The translations under genes were made by a program, and so were the position numbers. A model generated the notes under the pieces. It ran no database searches, was not told the origin of the DNA, and worked only from the letters and a program-made list of their open reading frames with translations. DNA of 64,000 nucleotides from Betaproteobacteria bacterium (GTDB lineage: Bacteria; Pseudomonadota; Gammaproteobacteria; Burkholderiales; SG8-39), in the NCBI GenBank assembly GCA_009693235.1, contig SHXR01000012.1, positions 808-64,807 on the forward strand, written 5' to 3'. Numbering within the stretch: the first letter of the stretch is position 1; each line of letters opens with the position of its first letter. This document shows, one piece after another, positions 59,302-64,000 of the stretch.

Positions 59302-60288
59302 ATGGAGACGTTTCTCCAACAGCTTTTCAATGGGCTCACCCTCGGGGCCGTCTATGCGGTAGTCGCGCTAGGCTATACGATGGTCTACGGGATCATCCAG
59401 CTCATCAATTTCGCACACGGCGAAGTCGTGATGATCGGTGCGATGGTCGCGTTCACCATCATTACATTGCTGGCGAATTCCGGCTTACCGCCGGTTGCGA
59501 TCGTATTGATCGGAACGTCGTGCGCCATTCCGGTGTGCATGATCGTCGGCTATGCGTTGGAGCGTATCGCGTATCGCCCGTTGCGCAACGCCCCGCGTCT
59601 GGCGCCCCTTATCACGGCGATCGGCATGTCGATCGTGCTGCAGCATGTGGCGATGATGGTGTGGAGCCGCAACAATCTGGCGTTTCCACAGATCATCAAG
59701 ACCGAGACCTACGATATTGCCGGGGCGTCCGTCACCAATATTCAGATTGTTATCGTCATCCTGTGCCTGGTGCTGATGGGCGGGCTCTTGTGGTTGGTGC
59801 ATCGCACGCGGCTTGGCATCTCGATGCGGGCCACCGCGCAAAATCCCAGGGTGGCGGGTCTTATGGGGGTCAATATCAATCGCGAAATCGCCATCACGTT
59901 TGCCATCGGCGCGGCGCTTGGTGCGGTGGCTGGTGTGATGGTGGGTTCGTATTACGGCATTGCCCATTATCAAATGGGTGCGTTGCTTGGACTGAAGGCT
60001 TTCTGCGCAGCCGTGCTTGGTGGTATCGGTAATGTGCCAGGCGCCATGGTCGGGGGGCTGTTGCTGGGCGTCATCGAGGCATTGGGCGCTGGCTACATCG
60101 GTGATCTCACCGACCTTTGTGCGGTGCCGTGGTTGTTTGCAGGCCTTGCCGCGCGCTGTGCGGCCGGTGAGCATATCAGCCTGTTTGGTAGCAACTATCA
60201 AGACGTGTTCGCGTTTCTGGTGTTGATTGCGGTGCTGGTCTTGCGGCCTTCTGGGCTGTTGGGGGAGCGGGTGGGGGATCGGGCGTGA
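59302..60288 (+). CDS. livH: Branched-chain amino acid ABC transporter permease
   Basis: QQLFNGLTLG..YA..ALGYTMVYGI..LINFAHG, GLKAF.AAVLGGIG, RPSGLLG. Confidence 0.93.
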   Translation: METFLQQLFNGLTLGAVYAVVALGYTMVYGIIQLINFAHGEVVMIGAMVAFTIITLLANSGLPPVAIVLIGTSCAIPVCMIVGYALERIAYRPLRNAPRLAPLITAIGMSIVLQHVAMMVWSRNNLAFPQIIKTETYDIAGASVTNIQIVIVILCLVLMGGLLWLVHRTRLGISMRATAQNPRVAGLMGVNINREIAITFAIGAALGAVAGVMVGSYYGIAHYQMGALLGLKAFCAAVLGGIGNVPGAMVGGLLLGVIEALGAGYIGDLTDLCAVPWLFAGLAARCAAGEHISLFGSNYQDVFAFLVLIAVLVLRPSGLLGERVGDRA

Positions 60289-60319
60289 AGGCCGGGAAAC
60301 GTGCAATGAGAAACTGGAA

Positions 60320-61420
60320 ATGCCACACGTGAAGAGTCAATCGCACCACCTAATGAGATCGCCCGTCCTGGCGTGGGTTGGCATTGCGCTGATCGCTGTT
60401 GCTCTTATTGCACTGCCGTTTGCGCTCGCGCAGATCGGCACAGCGTGGGTGCGGATCGCCAATCTCGCGATCCTATTCGCGTTGCTCGCGCTCGGTCTCA
60501 ACATCGTGGTGGGATTTGCTGGGCTCCTTGATCTTGGCTACATCGCATTTTTTGCGGTGGGGGCCTACTGCTACGCGCTGCTTGCCTCGCCACACTTTGG
60601 CCTGCATCTGCCGTTTTGGCTGATCCTGCCGATCGGGGCACTGGTGGCTTGCTTATTTGGCGTTCTGCTTGGCGCGCCGACCTTGAAGTTGCGCGGCGAC
60701 TATCTCGCGATCGTCACGCTCGGATTCGGCGAAATCGTCCGCGTCTTCCTCAACAATCTGGCGCGCCCGATCAATATCACCAACGGACCGCAGGGAATCT
60801 CCCGCATCGATCCCGTCTCGATCGGCGGCATCAAGTTCAACACGACCGGTAAAGTTTTTGATCTGGCGATTTCCGGTCCGATGAAGTACTACTACTTGCT
60901 GCTCATCGTGTTGATCATCGCGATCGTCATCAACATCCGCTTGCAGAATTCCCGCATTGGGCGGGCCTGGGAAGCGATTCGCGAAGACGAAATTGCCGCG
61001 CGTGCGATGGGCATCAACACCACGCAGATCAAGCTGCTAGCCTTTGCAATGGGCGCGAGTTTCGGTGGCATCGCCGGCGGCATCTTTGCTGCGATCCAGC
61101 AATTCATCAGCCCGGAAAGCTTTGTGCTGGTCGAATCGATCATGGTGTTATCGATGGTGGTGCTGGGTGGCATGGGTAATATCTGGGGCGTCGTGGCCGG
61201 GGCGGTGCTGCTATCGTTCGTCCCGGAAATACTTCGCTACACCGTGCTCCCGGTACAGAATGCGTTGTTTGGCAGGGCGATCGTCGAACCGGAAGTCATC
61301 CGCATGCTTTTGTTTGGTCTGGCACTGGTTGCGGTGATGTTGTATCGGCCGGCCGGGCTCTTCCCTTCCGCGGTACGAAGGCGCGAACTAGCGAAAGCGG
61401 ACGCAAGGTTGCCCGCGTGA
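60320..61420 (+). CDS. livM: Branched-chain amino acid ABC transporter permease
   Basis: LGLNIVVG.AGLLDLGY.AF, LRGDYLAIVTLGFGEI, AIREDE.AA. Start is uncertain (60320 or later). Confidence 0.93.
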   Translation: MPHVKSQSHHLMRSPVLAWVGIALIAVALIALPFALAQIGTAWVRIANLAILFALLALGLNIVVGFAGLLDLGYIAFFAVGAYCYALLASPHFGLHLPFWLILPIGALVACLFGVLLGAPTLKLRGDYLAIVTLGFGEIVRVFLNNLARPINITNGPQGISRIDPVSIGGIKFNTTGKVFDLAISGPMKYYYLLLIVLIIAIVINIRLQNSRIGRAWEAIREDEIAARAMGINTTQIKLLAFAMGASFGGIAGGIFAAIQQFISPESFVLVESIMVLSMVVLGGMGNIWGVVAGAVLLSFVPEILRYTVLPVQNALFGRAIVEPEVIRMLLFGLALVAVMLYRPAGLFPSAVRRRELAKADARLPA

Positions 61421-62208
61421 CCGACCGGCTGCTGGTGTGTGACGGTCTTGCAAAACGCTTTGGCGGCGTGCATGCATTGGACGGTGTGTCGTTCGCGATC
61501 GAGCGCCATGCCATCTATGGTTTGATCGGTCCAAATGGCGCCGGCAAGACCACGCTCTTCAATCTCCTCACCGGCATCTACACGGCAGACGCCGGCAGGA
61601 TGCAATTCGCGGGCGGCACCATCGACGGGCTGTCACCCGATCGTGTGTGCGAACGGGGTATCGCACGAACCTTTCAAAACATCCGACTGTTTGCCAACCT
61701 CAGTGTGTTGGAGAACGTGATGATCGGGCGCCATGTGCGCACCAAAGCAGGCGTCTTCGGGGCAGTGTTTCGCACGCGAGCGACGCAGGACGAGGAAGCC
61801 CGGATCGAGCGACGCGCGCACGAACTCCTTGACTACGTCGGCCTTGCCGATCGCGCCAACGATATCGCCAGGAGCCTGCCCTACGGCGAGCAGCGCCGGC
61901 TTGAAATTGCGCGCGCACTCGCGACCGAACCGCACCTCCTCGCACTCGACGAACCCGCCGCCGGTATGAATTCCACCGAGAAGGCGGCGCTTGGCGAATT
62001 GATCAAACGGATCCGGACCGACGGCGTTACCGTGCTCCTCATCGAGCATGATGTGAAACTGGTGATGGGAATCTGCGAGCACATTCTGGTGCTCGACTAT
62101 GGCAAACAAATCGCCGAAGGTGTTCCGGAAGACGTGCGACGTGATCGGCGGGTCATCGAAGCGTACCTCGGCACTGTAGGCGATGACAGCATCAAGGTGG
62201 CGACGTGA
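61417..62208 (+). CDS. livG: ABC transporter ATP-binding protein
   Basis: GPNGAGKT, RTFQNIRLF, LPYGEQRRLEIARALA, LDEPAAG, VIEAYLG. Confidence 0.95.
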   Translation: MTDRLLVCDGLAKRFGGVHALDGVSFAIERHAIYGLIGPNGAGKTTLFNLLTGIYTADAGRMQFAGGTIDGLSPDRVCERGIARTFQNIRLFANLSVLENVMIGRHVRTKAGVFGAVFRTRATQDEEARIERRAHELLDYVGLADRANDIARSLPYGEQRRLEIARALATEPHLLALDEPAAGMNSTEKAALGELIKRIRTDGVTVLLIEHDVKLVMGICEHILVLDYGKQIAEGVPEDVRRDRRVIEAYLGTVGDDSIKVAT

Positions 62209-62924
62209 CCAAGTCACCGATGTTGCGGGTTGCCGGGCTGGCGGTTGCATATGGAGGCATCCGCGCCATCAAAGGCATCGATTTCGAGATCTATGGGGGT
62301 GAAACGGTCACGCTGATCGGCGCGAATGGTGCCGGCAAGACGACGACCTTACGTGCGATCACCGGACTTGTTCCACCGGTAGCCGGATCGATTCATCTCA
62401 ACGGTCGTGACATTACCGGCGCCACATCGTTCAGCCTGGTTCGCCAGGGATTGGCGATGGTGCCGGAGGGACGCGGCGTGTTTCCGCAGCTCACCGTGTC
62501 CGAGAACGTCGCCATGGGTGCTTATATTCGCGACGATAAGGCGGAGATTGCCAGGGATGTTGAGCGCGTGTTCAGTCTATTTCCGCGTCTGCGGGAACGG
62601 GCGCAACAGTCCGCAGGCACCCTTTCGGGTGGCGAGCAACAGATGCTCGCGATCGGCCGGGCGCTTATGTCGCGACCGAAATTGCTGCTCCTCGATGAGC
62701 CGAGCATGGGTCTTGCGCCGGTGATTGTGCAGAAGGTCTTTGCGGTGATCGAATCGATTGCACGCGACGGGGTCACGATTCTCCTCGTCGAGCAGAACGC
62801 GAATCTCGCCCTGCGCACGAGCGATCGCGCCTATGTATTGGAAAGCGGCCTCATTACGATCGCCGGCAAGTCAGCCGACCTGCTCTCCGATCCCAAGGTG
62901 CGAGCCGCCTATCTTGGTGAATAA
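62205..62924 (+). CDS. livF: ABC transporter ATP-binding protein
   Basis: GANGAGKT, VPEGR, LSGGEQQML, LDEPS, VEQN, AYLG. Confidence 0.95.
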   Translation: MTKSPMLRVAGLAVAYGGIRAIKGIDFEIYGGETVTLIGANGAGKTTTLRAITGLVPPVAGSIHLNGRDITGATSFSLVRQGLAMVPEGRGVFPQLTVSENVAMGAYIRDDKAEIARDVERVFSLFPRLRERAQQSAGTLSGGEQQMLAIGRALMSRPKLLLLDEPSMGLAPVIVQKVFAVIESIARDGVTILLVEQNANLALRTSDRAYVLESGLITIAGKSADLLSDPKVRAAYLGE

Positions 62925-62950
62925 TTGACGAATAGGATGGCACAGCATCA

Positions 62951-64000
62951 ATGAGCACCGCAAATGTGGAGACCTGGGACTACACCATCGTCGGTGCGGG
63001 AGCGGCCGGCTGTGTCCTTGCCAATCGGCTTACTGCTTCGGGGCGTTATCGGGTGCTCGTGTTGGAAGCGGACGGTAACGACAACAAGCTTTGGATTCGC
63101 GTGCCGGCTGGATTTACCCGCACTATGTTCGACAAGCGAATTTCCTGGGGCTATCACAATGCGCCCGGCCCGGCCATCGGCAACCGCAAAATTCCTTGTC
63201 CGCGCGGCAAAGTGCTGGGTGGTTCAAGCTCCATCAACGGTCACGCCTATGTCCGTGGCCAGGCGCAAGATTACGAAGATTGGGTTGCGCAAGGCGCCAC
63301 CGGATGGGGCTGGTCGGACGTGTTGCCCTTTTCAAACGTGCCGAGACGCGTATCGGCGACTGTGATCCGGCGGTGCGCGGGACCGGCGGGCCGCTCATGG
63401 TCAATGATCCGCGCCTCTTGCATCCACTCTCAGAAATCTATCTGCAAACCATGCAGGCGCAGGGCGAGCGCTTGAATCCTGACTACAACAGCGGCGATCC
63501 GGGAAGGTTGCGGTTATTACCAGCATCTCATGCTACGCGGGCGAAGATGGAGCGCTGCCGACGCATACCTTCGACCGGCCATGCAGCGGCCGAATCTTGC
63601 GGTCCGCACCCATGCGCAGGCGACGCGCATTGAATTCGAGGGTCGCCGCGCAGTCGGTGTTCGGTTTCAGATCGCGGACGAAACCTATTCAGCACGTGCG
63701 GCACGCGAAGTCATCCTCGCCGCCGGGGCGATCAACTCACCACAGCTCTTGCAATTGTCTGGAATCGGCGACCTGGCGCTGCTCGACAAGATGCAAATCT
63801 CGGTGATCGCGCCTTCGGCGGGCGTGGGTCGCAACCTTGTCGATCACTATGCCGCTCGCATCGCGGTGCGTGTGCGAGGTGCAGCGACGCTCAACGAACG
63901 ATCGCACGGCGGCCCGCTTATCGTTGAAGCCCTTCGTTATCTTTTTCAGCGACGCGGTTTGTTGACCATGGCGCCATCGAATGCCTATGGATTCGTGCGG
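62951..64000 (+). pseudogene. GMC oxidoreductase (choline dehydrogenase-like), two compensating frameshifts, runs off the window end
   Basis: VGAGAAG, PRGKVLGGSSSING. Missing T near 63329-63332 (VLPFFKRAE), extra G near 63501-63503, then EGCGYYQ..RWSAADAYL..EVILAAGAINSPQLL.LSGIG..VGRNL.DH. Confidence 0.85.

Noticed and set aside
1-64000. CRISPR arrays, tRNA/rRNA, IS elements, prophage, defence systems
   Set aside because: No spaced direct repeats, structural RNA signatures, or transposase, integrase, nuclease or phage ORFs were seen; intergenic gaps are too short to hide them.

Overview
GC-rich (roughly 60% by eye) bacterial chromosomal segment, most likely a Betaproteobacterium (Burkholderiales-like): orphan Bug/TTT receptors, lipoprotein LivK, lgt-ilvD context. 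It is densely coding (~56 CDS) and almost entirely catabolic or transport genes. No rRNA, tRNA, CRISPR, prophage or transposase was seen. Main modules: (i) tandem TRAP DctP paralogs; (ii) hydantoinase A/B-Bug-ribokinase converging on a nucleoside hydrolase; (iii) an LLM monooxygenase-orphan XDH/CoxL-MetE-II operon; (iv) two divergent Rieske oxygenase operons, one resembling the iad/iac indole-3-acetate degradation locus (Rieske alpha/beta, CoA ligase, thiolase, DUF35-SDR fusion, isatin-hydrolase-type cyclase); (v) small partner-amidase-CoA transferase-crotonase-Bug-RraA; (vi) housekeeping sgaA, FAD/FeS oxidase, lgt, ilvD and livKHMGF. The most unusual module is a minus-strand operon (55140-44603). 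It couples a QueG/reductive-dehalogenase-fold cobalamin/FeS protein, an acyl-CoA ligase carrying an extra N-terminal HTH-like domain, a PadB-like molybdoenzyme, a fused PadC-PadD subunit and an MFS transporter. Several genes are broken by indels, mostly in homopolymers (probably long-read errors), and one has a single in-frame TGA. All functional calls rest on motif recognition by eye; no searches were run.
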